From Trueperaceae bacterium (GTDB lineage: Bacteria; Deinococcota; Deinococci; Deinococcales; Trueperaceae): a DNA stretch of 64,000 bases. The DNA lies in NCBI GenBank assembly GCA_965214405.1, contig OZ243956.1, positions 384,001-448,000 on the forward strand, given 5' to 3'. The notes beneath the pieces are model-generated. The model was not told where the DNA came from. It saw only the letters and a program-made list of their open reading frames with translations, and ran no database searches. Numbering within the stretch: the stretch's first letter is position 1; each line of letters starts with the position of its first letter. Below are positions 30,756 through 40,100 of this stretch, piece after piece. A program made the translations under genes and the position numbers.

Positions 30756-31013
30756 GTGCAGCGACCCCTACCGGGAAGTACCAAAGACAAGCTCGAGAAT
30801 AGCGCCGCTTACGTGAGAGAGAACGCGCAGCGTCAGGGCGTGGTGTACAGGCTCGAGTTCGAACTTTTCAAGTTAAGCATGATGGCGCGCGAGGCACTGG
30901 AGAAAGAATCCACCGACCTAGCCAAAGAAGCCCTCGCGTACGAGCAGACGCTTCTCACGCTTATCAAAGACACCCCGGCCCCAAAGGCGAGTTACAACAC
31001 GCAAAGAAGATAA
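30756..31013 (+). CDS. Small hypothetical protein
   Basis: GGAGG RBS before GTG 30756; helical sequence. Confidence 0.55.
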   Translation: MQRPLPGSTKDKLENSAAYVRENAQRQGVVYRLEFELFKLSMMAREALEKESTDLAKEALAYEQTLLTLIKDTPAPKASYNTQRR

Positions 31014-31044
31014 AACGGGTTAGCCGCACAATACTTGAATGCAA

Positions 31045-31068
31045 AAAACCAGCTCATCGGCTGGTTTT
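31045..31068. terminator. Bidirectional terminator
   Basis: AAAACCAGC-TCATCG-GCTGGTTTT. Confidence 0.7.
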
Positions 31069-31090
31069 ATGGTTCCCTGATATCCAGTTC

Positions 31091-31177
31091 TGGTGCCGAG
31101 GAGGGGACTTGAACCCCTACCTCCTTGCGGAGACCAGCCCCTCAAGCTGGCGCGTCTACCTATTCCGCCACCTCGGC
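31091..31177 (-). tRNA. tRNA-Leu (GAG)
   Basis: GCCGAGGTGGCGGAATAGGTAGACGCG, arm CCAGC-TTGAGGG-GCTGG, long variable arm, CCA end. Confidence 0.97.
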
Positions 31178-31345
31178 CTATTCACCGGCATTCTTACTGG
31201 CACGCTCACCATAGTGGGCGCAGCAAAAGGGATGATACTTGCTAGCCGTGACGGGTGTCAAGCAGGGTGAAAATTTTGGGGAAGAGTGGGCGCGGTCAAG
31301 ACTGCGTGACCCGCTCCCTTGCGGACGCGCGTTATGCTTCTCCAT

Positions 31346-32005
31346 GTGACCGCTAAGCGCTTCCAAAAAATCATGCGCGTGCTGCGCCACCGGCAGCCCG
31401 ACTTGACCGTGCTGGCCGAGCACGTCCATAAACCCCACAACCTCTCGGCCATGCTCCGCTCCTGCGACGCAGTCGGCGTCGGCGCGGCGCACGCGGTCGC
31501 GCCCACGGGCGGGGTGGCAACCTTTAACGAGACGAGCGCGAGCGCTGAGAAGTGGGTAAGGCTCTACGTCCACCCTTCTTTAGATGACGCCCGTAAGGTT
31601 CTGAAAGAGCAGAAGATGCAACTTCTGGCCGCGCACTTTTCACCCCAGGCTCGAGATTACCGCGACGTGGACTACACCCAACCCACCTGCATTCTTTTGG
31701 GCAATGAAAAAGACGGCGTTTCTCCCCAGGCCGCTTCCCTGGCCGACGCGCACATCATCATTCCGATGTTCGGCATGGTGCCGTCCTTGAACGTCTCGGT
31801 CGCCACTGCGGTGGTTCTGTTCGAGGCGCAACGGCAGCGGCGGGCGGCGGGGATGTTTGATACGCCGAGATTAAGCCGTGACGCGATGATGGCCCAGGCG
31901 TTTCGCCTCCTCTACCCGCGGTTGGCGGAAACGTACGACGAACGCGGCCTCCCCTACCCCGCGCTCGACGAGGAGGGCCATGTGCTCGAGCCCCTACCCT
32001 CTTAA
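31346..32005 (+). CDS. trmH: tRNA (guanosine-18 2'-O)-methyltransferase
   Basis: [46 protein letters not shown]. Probable leaderless GTG 31346. Confidence 0.93.
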   Translation: MTAKRFQKIMRVLRHRQPDLTVLAEHVHKPHNLSAMLRSCDAVGVGAAHAVAPTGGVATFNETSASAEKWVRLYVHPSLDDARKVLKEQKMQLLAAHFSPQARDYRDVDYTQPTCILLGNEKDGVSPQAASLADAHIIIPMFGMVPSLNVSVATAVVLFEAQRQRRAAGMFDTPRLSRDAMMAQAFRLLYPRLAETYDERGLPYPALDEEGHVLEPLPS

Positions 32006-32064
32006 CGTCTCAGAACGTCTCCCCCCTTCCGAACCTGTCACGCTTCGTCGCTTAAACTAAACGT

Positions 32065-33243
32065 ATGAAAACGCACCCCCTACTTTCTCGCGCTCTCTTC
32101 GGTTTACACATTCTCAGCCTCGTCCTCGTGCTTATCGCCTGTAACGAGCCGTCCAACGCTCAAAACGCTGCGGTGAGGCTCGAGCCCTTTGTTAACGGCT
32201 TTACTCAACCTCTTTTTGTGACCCCCGCGGGCGACGGCTCGGGGCGGCTTTTTGTGGTGGAGCAGCGGGGGCGGGTGCGTGTTGTAGAGGACGGCGAAGT
32301 CCTGGATGAGCCTTTTTTAGACGTGTCCGACCTCGTCTCGTGCTGCGGCGAGCGGGGGCTTTTGGGGCTGGCCTTTCACCCCGGTTTTGAAGAGAACGGC
32401 CTTTTTTACGTGAACTACACGAACACCTCCGGCAATACGGTCGTCGCGGAATACCGCGCGTCGGATGATTTAACGCGGGCGGATCCGGGCTCGGGCACGA
32501 CGCTGCTCACCATCCCTCAGCCCTACGGCAACCATAACGGCGGTCATCTCGCCTTTGGCCCCGACGGCTACCTCTACATCGGCACGGGCGACGGCGGCAG
32601 CGGGGGCGACCCGGAGGAGAACGGGCAAGACTTGAGCACGCTGCTGGGCGCACTTCTGCGAATCGACGTAGATGGCGGCGCGGCCACCGGTGAGGCCTAC
32701 AGCATCCCCGAGAGCAATCCCTTTGTAAGCACCGAGGGCGCGCGTCCCGAGATTTGGGCCTACGGCCTCCGCAACCCCTGGCGCTTCTCGTTTGACCGCG
32801 AGACGGGCGACTTGTGGATTGGCGACGTGGGGCAGAACGAATGGGAAGAAATCGACGTCGAGCCCTCTGGGGGCGCGGGCGGCGAGAACTACGGCTGGAA
32901 CGTGATGGAGGGGGCGCACTGCTTTGAGCCCGCCACGGGCTGCGACGAAACGGGCCTGGTGCTGCCGGTACTCGAGTACCCCCACAGCGAGGGCTCCTCG
33001 GTGACCGGCGGCTACCGCTACCGCGGCGCGGCGCTACCCGAGCTCGTCGGCACCTACGTTTTTGGCGACTTTACAAGCGGGCGCATCTGGGGCGCGACCG
33101 AAAACGGCGACGGAGGTTTTTCCTCCGAAGAACTCGTCAACGCGGGCTTCCGCATCTCGACGTTTGGCGAAGACGAGGCGGGCGAGCTTTATGTGGCTGA
33201 CTACAGCGGAGGGACGCTTTACAAGCTCACCCCGAACGAGTAA
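32065..33243 (+). CDS. PQQ-dependent sugar (glucose/sorbosone) dehydrogenase, lipoprotein
   Basis: Lipobox LIAC; GERGLLGLAFHP, NHNGG, GDGG, YGLRNPWRFS. Confidence 0.9.
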   Translation: MKTHPLLSRALFGLHILSLVLVLIACNEPSNAQNAAVRLEPFVNGFTQPLFVTPAGDGSGRLFVVEQRGRVRVVEDGEVLDEPFLDVSDLVSCCGERGLLGLAFHPGFEENGLFYVNYTNTSGNTVVAEYRASDDLTRADPGSGTTLLTIPQPYGNHNGGHLAFGPDGYLYIGTGDGGSGGDPEENGQDLSTLLGALLRIDVDGGAATGEAYSIPESNPFVSTEGARPEIWAYGLRNPWRFSFDRETGDLWIGDVGQNEWEEIDVEPSGGAGGENYGWNVMEGAHCFEPATGCDETGLVLPVLEYPHSEGSSVTGGYRYRGAALPELVGTYVFGDFTSGRIWGATENGDGGFSSEELVNAGFRISTFGEDEAGELYVADYSGGTLYKLTPNE

Positions 33244-33383
33244 GCCGCAGCGCGTTCGGCTCGAGAGCTGGAGTTACGAGTACCGAGGACTGAGACTCCG
33301 TTCGTCTCAGTCCTTTCTTTTTTGCACTCGCCAATGCAACGCGGCTTGCGGGCGCTTTTCACGCGTCCTGCTATCATTGAAAG

Positions 33384-34043
33384 GTGAATGAACCGTTTGT
33401 GGTGCGTGATTTGGGCCGAATGGATTATCGAGAGGCTTGGGACGTGCAGCTCGCTATCCACAAGGCCGTCGCCGAACGTGACGCGCCGCCGACGCTGATG
33501 TTGGTCGAGCACCCGCCCGTCATCACCTTTGGCAAAAAGGGCGGGCGAAGCAATCTGCTGACGAACGAAGGTCTTTTAATAAAGCAAGGCTTTGCCCTCT
33601 ACGATATAGAGCGCGGCGGCGACGTGACGTACCACGGGCCGGGGCAGCTCGTCGGCTATCCCATTTTTAGGGTGGGGCGCAGGGTGCGGGATTATTTGCG
33701 GAGTTTAGAAGCTGTGATGGTTCAAGTTCTGGCGGAGTACGGGCTCGAGAGTACGGGTAGCCCCGGCTACGCGGGCGTGTGGGTGGGCGACGAAAAAGTG
33801 GTGGCGATTGGCGTGGCGGTCAAGCGCGACGTGTCGTTTCACGGCTTTGCCATGAACGTGCATACCGACCTGACGCACTTCGCCCACATCGTCCCCTGCG
33901 GGCTGGCCGATAAAGGCGTGACGAGTTTGTCTGGGCTGCTCGAGCGCCACGTGACCTTAGACGAGATTAAACCCAAACTAGTTCGCGCCTTTTACAACGT
34001 GTTCACTTCCCAAGAAACGGTTCGAGAGACGGTGGCATCATGA
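33384..34043 (+). CDS. lipB: Lipoyl(octanoyl) transferase
   Basis: [35 protein letters not shown]. Confidence 0.96.
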   Translation: MNEPFVVRDLGRMDYREAWDVQLAIHKAVAERDAPPTLMLVEHPPVITFGKKGGRSNLLTNEGLLIKQGFALYDIERGGDVTYHGPGQLVGYPIFRVGRRVRDYLRSLEAVMVQVLAEYGLESTGSPGYAGVWVGDEKVVAIGVAVKRDVSFHGFAMNVHTDLTHFAHIVPCGLADKGVTSLSGLLERHVTLDEIKPKLVRAFYNVFTSQETVRETVAS

Positions 34044-34987
34044 TTAAACTAGAAGACATCAAAGTCGTCAAAAACGGCGTTCAGCGCAAGAACTTGTCAA
34101 ACGTGCCGCGCGAGCGCAAGCCCGACTGGCTCAAGGTCAAGCTGCCGACGGGCACGAAGTATGGCGAGGTCAAGAGCACCGTGCGCGAGCACCGCCTTTC
34201 GACGGTCTGCGAAGAAGCGATGTGCCCCAACATCGCCGAGTGCTGGAGCGCCGGGACCGCGACGATTATGCTGATGGGTTCGGTATGCACCCGCGCCTGC
34301 CGCTTTTGCGCGGTGGACACGGGCAACCCCAAAGGCCGCTTGGACCCCGATGAACCGAGGTTGGCCGCCGACTCGGTCAAGCTGATGGGTCTAAAGTACG
34401 TGGTGCTCACCTCCGTAGACCGCGACGACCTGAGTGACGGCGGCTCGAGCCACTACGCCGCCTGCATCCGCGAAATCAAGCGGGTCAACCCGGACACCGC
34501 CGTCGAGGCCTTGACGCCCGACTTTGCGGGTGATACCAGTGCGGTACAGGTGGTGCTCGAGGCGGGCGTCGAAGTCTACGCGCAAAACTTAGAGACCGTG
34601 AGACGCCTCACGCATCCCGTGCGTGACCCAAGGGCGGGCTATGAACAGACCTTAAACGTTTTGGCGTACGCCAAGCAATCCCGCCCCGACGTGCTCACCA
34701 AAACGAGCTTGATGCTGGGTCTGGGCGAAACCGACGAGGAAATTTTGGAGGCGATGGACGACCTCCGCGCGGCGGGCGTCGACATCGTCACCTTTGGGCA
34801 GTACCTCCGCCCGACGCCCGCGCACCTGCCGGTCGCGCGCTACGTACCGCCTGAGGACTTCACACGCTACCGCGACGTAGGGCTTGCCAAAGGCTTTTTA
34901 GAAGTCGTGTCGGGGCCGTTGGTGCGTTCGTCGTACCGGGCGGAGCGGGCGTTGGAGAAAAATAATGTGGGGTTGGCGGCGGTTTAG
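34040..34987 (+). CDS. lipA: Lipoyl synthase
   Basis: [24 protein letters not shown]. Confidence 0.97.
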   Translation: MIKLEDIKVVKNGVQRKNLSNVPRERKPDWLKVKLPTGTKYGEVKSTVREHRLSTVCEEAMCPNIAECWSAGTATIMLMGSVCTRACRFCAVDTGNPKGRLDPDEPRLAADSVKLMGLKYVVLTSVDRDDLSDGGSSHYAACIREIKRVNPDTAVEALTPDFAGDTSAVQVVLEAGVEVYAQNLETVRRLTHPVRDPRAGYEQTLNVLAYAKQSRPDVLTKTSLMLGLGETDEEILEAMDDLRAAGVDIVTFGQYLRPTPAHLPVARYVPPEDFTRYRDVGLAKGFLEVVSGPLVRSSYRAERALEKNNVGLAAV

Positions 34988-35037
34988 CGGGCTTAAGCCG
35001 TGTTGGAGGGGCGGGGTGACTCGAGCCCCGCGGTGCT

Positions 35038-35619
35038 CTAAACCGTTACTTCAACCTGAGCCGCACCACCCTGATTAATCACCTCTTCGCTCGCCTCTTT
35101 GAACGCCTCAATACCTTTCAAAATAAGCCTGTGCATCTCCCTTTCACCGCGCCAGCCGTCCACTTTGGTTTCTTTGCCCTCGAGTTCTTTATAGATATTA
35201 AAGAAATGCTCGATCTCACGCAGGCGGTGGCGGGAAACGCTGTCTAGGTGACGGTTGCCGTCGTAACGGGGGTCGTCGGCGGGCACGGCGATGAGCTTTT
35301 GGTCCCCGCCCTTTTCGTCGCTCATCTCCAAATAACCCAAAGGACGCACCTGCAAGACCACGCCGGGGAAGGTGGGCGCGTTCATGAGGACGATGACGTC
35401 GATCGGGTCGCCGTCTTCAGCGAGCGTGCTCGGGATAAAGCCGTAGTCGCCGGGGTAGTGCAGCGGGCTGTATAAAACCCGGTCGAGCCGGAACACGCCC
35501 TGGTCCGGGTCGTATTCATACTTGTTGGAAGAGTTCATCGGCACTTCTATCACCGCTTGGACGATGTCCGGAGCGCGGTCGCCGACGGGCAGATGGTAAA
35601 GATTTTTGGGGATGCTCAT
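35038..35619 (-). CDS. ppa: Family I soluble inorganic pyrophosphatase
   Basis: KYEYD, LDRVL, YPGDYGFIP, EDGDPID. AGGAG RBS before ATG 35619. Confidence 0.95.
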   Translation of the reverse strand: MSIPKNLYHLPVGDRAPDIVQAVIEVPMNSSNKYEYDPDQGVFRLDRVLYSPLHYPGDYGFIPSTLAEDGDPIDVIVLMNAPTFPGVVLQVRPLGYLEMSDEKGGDQKLIAVPADDPRYDGNRHLDSVSRHRLREIEHFFNIYKELEGKETKVDGWRGEREMHRLILKGIEAFKEASEEVINQGGAAQVEVTV

Positions 35620-35952
35620 GTCACTCCTAACGAACCTTTCGGGGCGCAGCCAGCGCGCCGTACTGTGACACTTTAGCCCAACCGCCGCCCCCTTTGCGCC
35701 AAATATACCCCAGTCCCCGTGAGGCGAAAGGAAAGCGAAGGGCAGGATTTGCAGTGAGGCTTGTGGTAACGGACTCACGACGGACCAAGGTACAACGACC
35801 TCAGCTCGCCAGAAGCGCGGAGGCTACCCCTATGTTAGACTCTCGTGTTTGACTCAACACTTAATACTAAGTGTTAGACACGGGTAGCAACCCTGACTCA
35901 AAACCCCGAAGCGGGGTGGGGGAGCACCCCAAATCAACTTGGAGGCAGTATC

Positions 35953-38085
35953 TTGGACGTACTACTCTTGCTTATCCCGCTCGCGGCTGTGGCCGCGCTC
36001 GTCATGGCGGGCGTGCTCGCCAGAGGGATTTTGGGAGCGGAAACGGGCAACGCGCGCATGGTGGATATCTCGGACGCGGTCAAGCAGGGCGCGCAAGCCT
36101 ACATGAACCGCCAGTACGCGACGATCACGGTGGTGGCGCTCGTCATCGCGGCTATTTTTGCGCTCGTCGCGCTCCTGAGCGACGGCTTTCAGGCGACGCT
36201 GTGGTGGTGGACGACGGTGGGCTTTTTGGTGGGCGCGCTCTTTTCGGCCATCAGCGGCTACGTGGGCATGAACATCGCGGTGCGCGCCAACGTGCGCGTG
36301 GCGCAAGCGGCCAGGGGCAGCTTAAAGGGCGCACTCAAAATCGCCTTTAACGGCGGCGCGGTGGCGGGTTTGGCGGTGGCGGGGCTCGCCCTGCTGGGCG
36401 TGTCGGGCTTCTTTTACCTGTTTTATGTGGTGAGCGGGCTCGAGAATCCCGTCGAACCCCTTATCGGCTTCGCTTTCGGCGCGAGCTTGATTAGCCTCTT
36501 CGCGCGCGTGGGCGGCGGTATTTACACCAAGGCCGCCGACGTGGGCGCGGACCTTGTCGGCAAGGTCGAGGCGGGCATCCCCGAGGACGACCCGCGCAAC
36601 CCGGCGGTCATCGCAGACAACGTGGGCGACAACGTCGGCGACTGCGCGGGCATGGGCGCGGACCTTTTCGAGACTTACGCGGTGACCGTCATCGGCGCGG
36701 TGTTTCTGGGGTACCTGCTGCCCGGCGTCGACCCGGTAACGGGCGTCGCCGCGGTGACTCAGCTCGTCACCTTTCCGCTCGTGCTGGGCGCGATAGCGAT
36801 TCTCGCCAGTATCGCGGGGATCTACTTTGTGCGTTTAGGAAGCAACGGGAACATCATGCAGGCGCTCTACAAGGGCGTCTACGCGAGCGCGGGTATCAGC
36901 GTGGTGGGCTTTTTCGTTGCGTCCATCGTCATGTTTAACGGCTTTGACTTCGCCGCGCTGCCCGCGTTTGGGAGCGGGGTGAGCTGGCTGGGGATTTTCG
37001 GCTCGAGCGTCGTCGGCTTGGCCGTGACTTTGGGCCTCATGTTCATCACCGAATACTACACCGGCACCCGCTTCGCGCCCGTGCAGCGCATCGCCAGGGC
37101 CTCCGAAACGGGGAGCGCGACGAACATCATCAGCGGGCTCGCGGTGGGGATGCAGAGCACTTGCGTGCCCGTACTCATGTTGGCGGTGGCGATTTACCTC
37201 TCCTTCCTCTTCGCCGGGCTCTACGGCATCGCCGTCGCGGCGGTCGCCATGCTCTCGGTCACGGGCATGATCGTGGCGATGGACACCTACGGCCCCATCA
37301 CCGACAACGCCGGGGGCATCGCCGAGATGAGCGAGCTGCCCGACGAGGTGCGCGAGACGACCGACGCGCTAGACGCCGTCGGCAACACCACCAAGGCGGT
37401 GACCAAGGGCTACGCGGTGGGCTCGGCGGCCTTGGCGGCGCTTGTCTTGTTTGCCGACTACAGTGAACGGCTGGCGAGGGAGAGCGAACGCCTGGCGCTG
37501 GGCGAGCTCGTCTTTAGGCTGAATGATCCCATCGTGCTGTTAGGACTCTTTATCGGCGCGATGCTGCCCTTTTTGTTTTCCGCCTTTTTGATGGAGTCGG
37601 TCGGCAAGGCGGCGGGCAGCGTGATTGAAGAGGTGCGCCGCCAGTTCCGCACCATCCCCGGCATCATGGAGGGCACCGCGCGGCCCGAGTACGGCACCTG
37701 CGTGGACATCGTGACGCGCGCCGCGCTCCGCGAGATGGCCTTGCCCGGCCTCCTGGCGGTCGTCGCGCCCCTCATCGTCGGTTTTCTGTGGGGACCTCTG
37801 GCGTTGGGCGGCCTGCTCATCGGCGTGACGGGTTCAGGGCTGATGATGGCGCTGATGATGTCCAACGGCGGCGGGGCCTGGGACAACGCCAAAAAGTACA
37901 TCGAGGACGGCAACTACGGCGGCAAAGGCTCGGACGCGCACGCCGCCGCGGTCGTGGGCGACACCGTCGGCGACCCCTACAAGGACACGGCGGGGCCGTC
38001 CATCAACCCGCTTATCAAAGTAATTAACACGGTGGCGCTCATTTTTGCGGGCATCATTGCGACGGTGGGCGGTGTTCTACTGTAA
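35953..38085 (+). CDS. hppA: Membrane H+-translocating pyrophosphatase, K+-independent type
   Basis: [39 protein letters not shown] (Lys marks K+-independence), [10 protein letters not shown]. Confidence 0.95.
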   Translation: MDVLLLLIPLAAVAALVMAGVLARGILGAETGNARMVDISDAVKQGAQAYMNRQYATITVVALVIAAIFALVALLSDGFQATLWWWTTVGFLVGALFSAISGYVGMNIAVRANVRVAQAARGSLKGALKIAFNGGAVAGLAVAGLALLGVSGFFYLFYVVSGLENPVEPLIGFAFGASLISLFARVGGGIYTKAADVGADLVGKVEAGIPEDDPRNPAVIADNVGDNVGDCAGMGADLFETYAVTVIGAVFLGYLLPGVDPVTGVAAVTQLVTFPLVLGAIAILASIAGIYFVRLGSNGNIMQALYKGVYASAGISVVGFFVASIVMFNGFDFAALPAFGSGVSWLGIFGSSVVGLAVTLGLMFITEYYTGTRFAPVQRIARASETGSATNIISGLAVGMQSTCVPVLMLAVAIYLSFLFAGLYGIAVAAVAMLSVTGMIVAMDTYGPITDNAGGIAEMSELPDEVRETTDALDAVGNTTKAVTKGYAVGSAALAALVLFADYSERLARESERLALGELVFRLNDPIVLLGLFIGAMLPFLFSAFLMESVGKAAGSVIEEVRRQFRTIPGIMEGTARPEYGTCVDIVTRAALREMALPGLLAVVAPLIVGFLWGPLALGGLLIGVTGSGLMMALMMSNGGGAWDNAKKYIEDGNYGGKGSDAHAAAVVGDTVGDPYKDTAGPSINPLIKVINTVALIFAGIIATVGGVLL

Positions 38086-38123
38086 GTTTTAGGCAAATTT
38101 TAAGGAACGGTTCAGCCTCGAGC

Positions 38124-38156
38124 GCCCGCCCCCACCAAAACGGGGCGGGCTTTTTT
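38124..38156 (+). terminator. Rho-independent terminator after hppA
   Basis: GCCCGCCCC...GGGGCGGGC-TTTTTT. Confidence 0.85.
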
Positions 38157-38195
38157 GTTAAGCTGACGCGTGTATTTTTTACAGGACCGGGTGAC

Positions 38196-38570
38196 GTGGT
38201 TCTTCTCGGCGTGATGATTGGCGGCGCGTTGGGGGCGCTTTCGCGTTACCTCGCCGACGTCACCCTGCAAGGCGCGTTCTTTGGGGGCTTTCCGTTCGCC
38301 ACGCTGCTTGTGAACGTGGTGGGGTCGTTTTTGCTGTCGTTTTTGGTGTACTCGAGCATCCCAATAAACCCCGCACTTCGCGCCGCCATCGGCACGGGGT
38401 TTATTGGCGCGTTGACAACCTTTTCCACCTTTGAGGTGGAAGTCGAAGGCTTGTGGCGGAGCGGTCATGGTGTACAAGCCGCCCTTTACGGCCTCGGCAA
38501 CCTCGTCATGGGCTTTGGGGCTGTGCTGCTCGGACGCTTTTTGGCGGAGCGGCTTGGCGGGGCAGTCTAG
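38196..38570 (+). CDS. crcB: Fluoride channel FluC/CrcB
   Basis: GGALGALSRY, NVVGSF, TGFIGALTTFSTF. Confidence 0.93.
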   Translation: MVLLGVMIGGALGALSRYLADVTLQGAFFGGFPFATLLVNVVGSFLLSFLVYSSIPINPALRAAIGTGFIGALTTFSTFEVEVEGLWRSGHGVQAALYGLGNLVMGFGAVLLGRFLAERLGGAV

Positions 38571-39145
38571 CTCGGTTCGGGAATGATGTTTTCTAGAAAA
38601 TACCGGTGGATGCGCCCGTCGCTCGAGAGTTCCGGGTGAAACACCGTCGCCATCAGCCTATCCCCCGCGACCATCACGGGGTCACCGTCGTAGCGCGCCA
38701 CGACCTCCACCCCGGCCCCTGTATGGGTAATGCGCGGCGCGCGGATGAACACAGCGGGGAAGGGTTCATTGAGTCCTGTTACTTCGACATCCGCCTCGAA
38801 CGACGCCACCTGCCGCCCGTAGGCGTTGCGCGCGACGCTGATGTCGAGAAGCCCCAGCCGCGGCTGTTCTGGAAAACCCACGATGTCCGTGGCGACAGCG
38901 ATAGCCCCCGCGCAGGTGCCCCAAAGCGCACCGCCTTCGTTATAATAGTCTCTAAGCGCCTCATCAAGCCCGTAGGCCGCCATGAGCTTTGCCATCGTCG
39001 TGGATTCGCCGCCGGGGATGACGACGCCGGAGAGCCCCGCCAACTGCCTCGGCAGGCGCACTTCGGTCACCTCGGCCTCGAGCCCTTCCAACACCCTTTT
39101 ATGTTCACGAAATGCGCCTTGGAGCGCGAGCACGCCGACTTTCAT
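38567..39145 (-). CDS. pdxT: PLP synthase glutaminase subunit
   Basis: GVLALQG, PGGESTT, GTCAG, FIRAP, FHPE. Confidence 0.96.
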   Translation of the reverse strand: MKVGVLALQGAFREHKRVLEGLEAEVTEVRLPRQLAGLSGVVIPGGESTTMAKLMAAYGLDEALRDYYNEGGALWGTCAGAIAVATDIVGFPEQPRLGLLDISVARNAYGRQVASFEADVEVTGLNEPFPAVFIRAPRITHTGAGVEVVARYDGDPVMVAGDRLMATVFHPELSSDGRIHRYFLENIIPEPS

Positions 39146-39173
39146 GCCCTCATCATGGCACAGCTTTTTACAC

Positions 39174-40091
39174 TTACGGGTTAGCCGCCCGCACCGCGTC
39201 AAGAATGGCCGCCGCGACGGTTTCTTGCACCGCTACCGTCAGGAGCATGAGCGGCACCTCCGGCCCGGTACCCGTACTCAGCGCAAAACTCGTGTCGCCG
39301 TCGTGGAGCGTATGCGACGGGCGCGTCACGCGGGCGATGCCGACGTGGGCGCTGTCGGCGAGCACCTTGGCCTGGATCTTTGACAAAGGCGCGTCGGTTG
39401 CCACGACGACTAAAGTTGTGTTGGTTCCAGGGATTGCAGAGGACGGGGTGAAAAACTCGAGCATCTCCCCCACCGGACGCGTGCCATCAGGTTCTCGAGC
39501 GCCCGCCACCACCTGACCCGTCTGCGGGTCCACGATGTCGCCTACCGGATTGACCACGGCGAGCGCTGCAAGCGTCGCGCCCTGGACTTCCCGAACAGCG
39601 TTTCCCAAGCCGCTAAGTTGCGCCTTGTCAAAACCTGCGTACTTGCCGCACGTCGCCCCGGTACCCGCGCCGGTGCGGCCACTCGCCACAGGTTCCGATG
39701 ACGCGTGTTCGGCAGCGTAACGCCCCTCCACCAGGCCGGGCCTGACTTTCGGGTCGCCCACACCAAGGTCATAAATCACCGCGGCGGGCACGATGGGCAC
39801 CCTTGCGAACGGCGTCTCGAGGCCAACGTTCTGCGCCTCTAAAAAATCCACCACCCCTTGCGCCGCCGCCAGTCCAAAGGCGCTGCCGCCCGAAAGCACC
39901 ACCGCGTGAACCCGCTCGACACTCTTTTCGGGTGCCAGAAGAGCGGTTTCCCTCGAGCCGGGTGCGCTCCCCCGCACACTCCCCGACGCCACACAGCCGT
40001 CAGGCGGGCAGAGGACGACGGTACAGCCTGTGGCGGCGTCTGAGTTCGTCCAGTGACCGACCTTTAGGCCCGTGACCGCAGTGAGCGACAT
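39174..40091 (-). CDS. P1/S58 (DmpA-like) peptidase
   Basis: TGCTVVL, APGSRET, SGGSAFGL, NTTL, DGDT. Confidence 0.9.
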   Translation of the reverse strand: MSLTAVTGLKVGHWTNSDAATGCTVVLCPPDGCVASGSVRGSAPGSRETALLAPEKSVERVHAVVLSGGSAFGLAAAQGVVDFLEAQNVGLETPFARVPIVPAAVIYDLGVGDPKVRPGLVEGRYAAEHASSEPVASGRTGAGTGATCGKYAGFDKAQLSGLGNAVREVQGATLAALAVVNPVGDIVDPQTGQVVAGAREPDGTRPVGEMLEFFTPSSAIPGTNTTLVVVATDAPLSKIQAKVLADSAHVGIARVTRPSHTLHDGDTSFALSTGTGPEVPLMLLTVAVQETVAAAILDAVRAANP

Positions 40092-40100
40092 GTACCTCAG

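Noticed and set aside
38086..38195. Fluoride riboswitch upstream of crcB
   Set aside because: No GGCGATGG...CTGATG-like core; only an intrinsic terminator.
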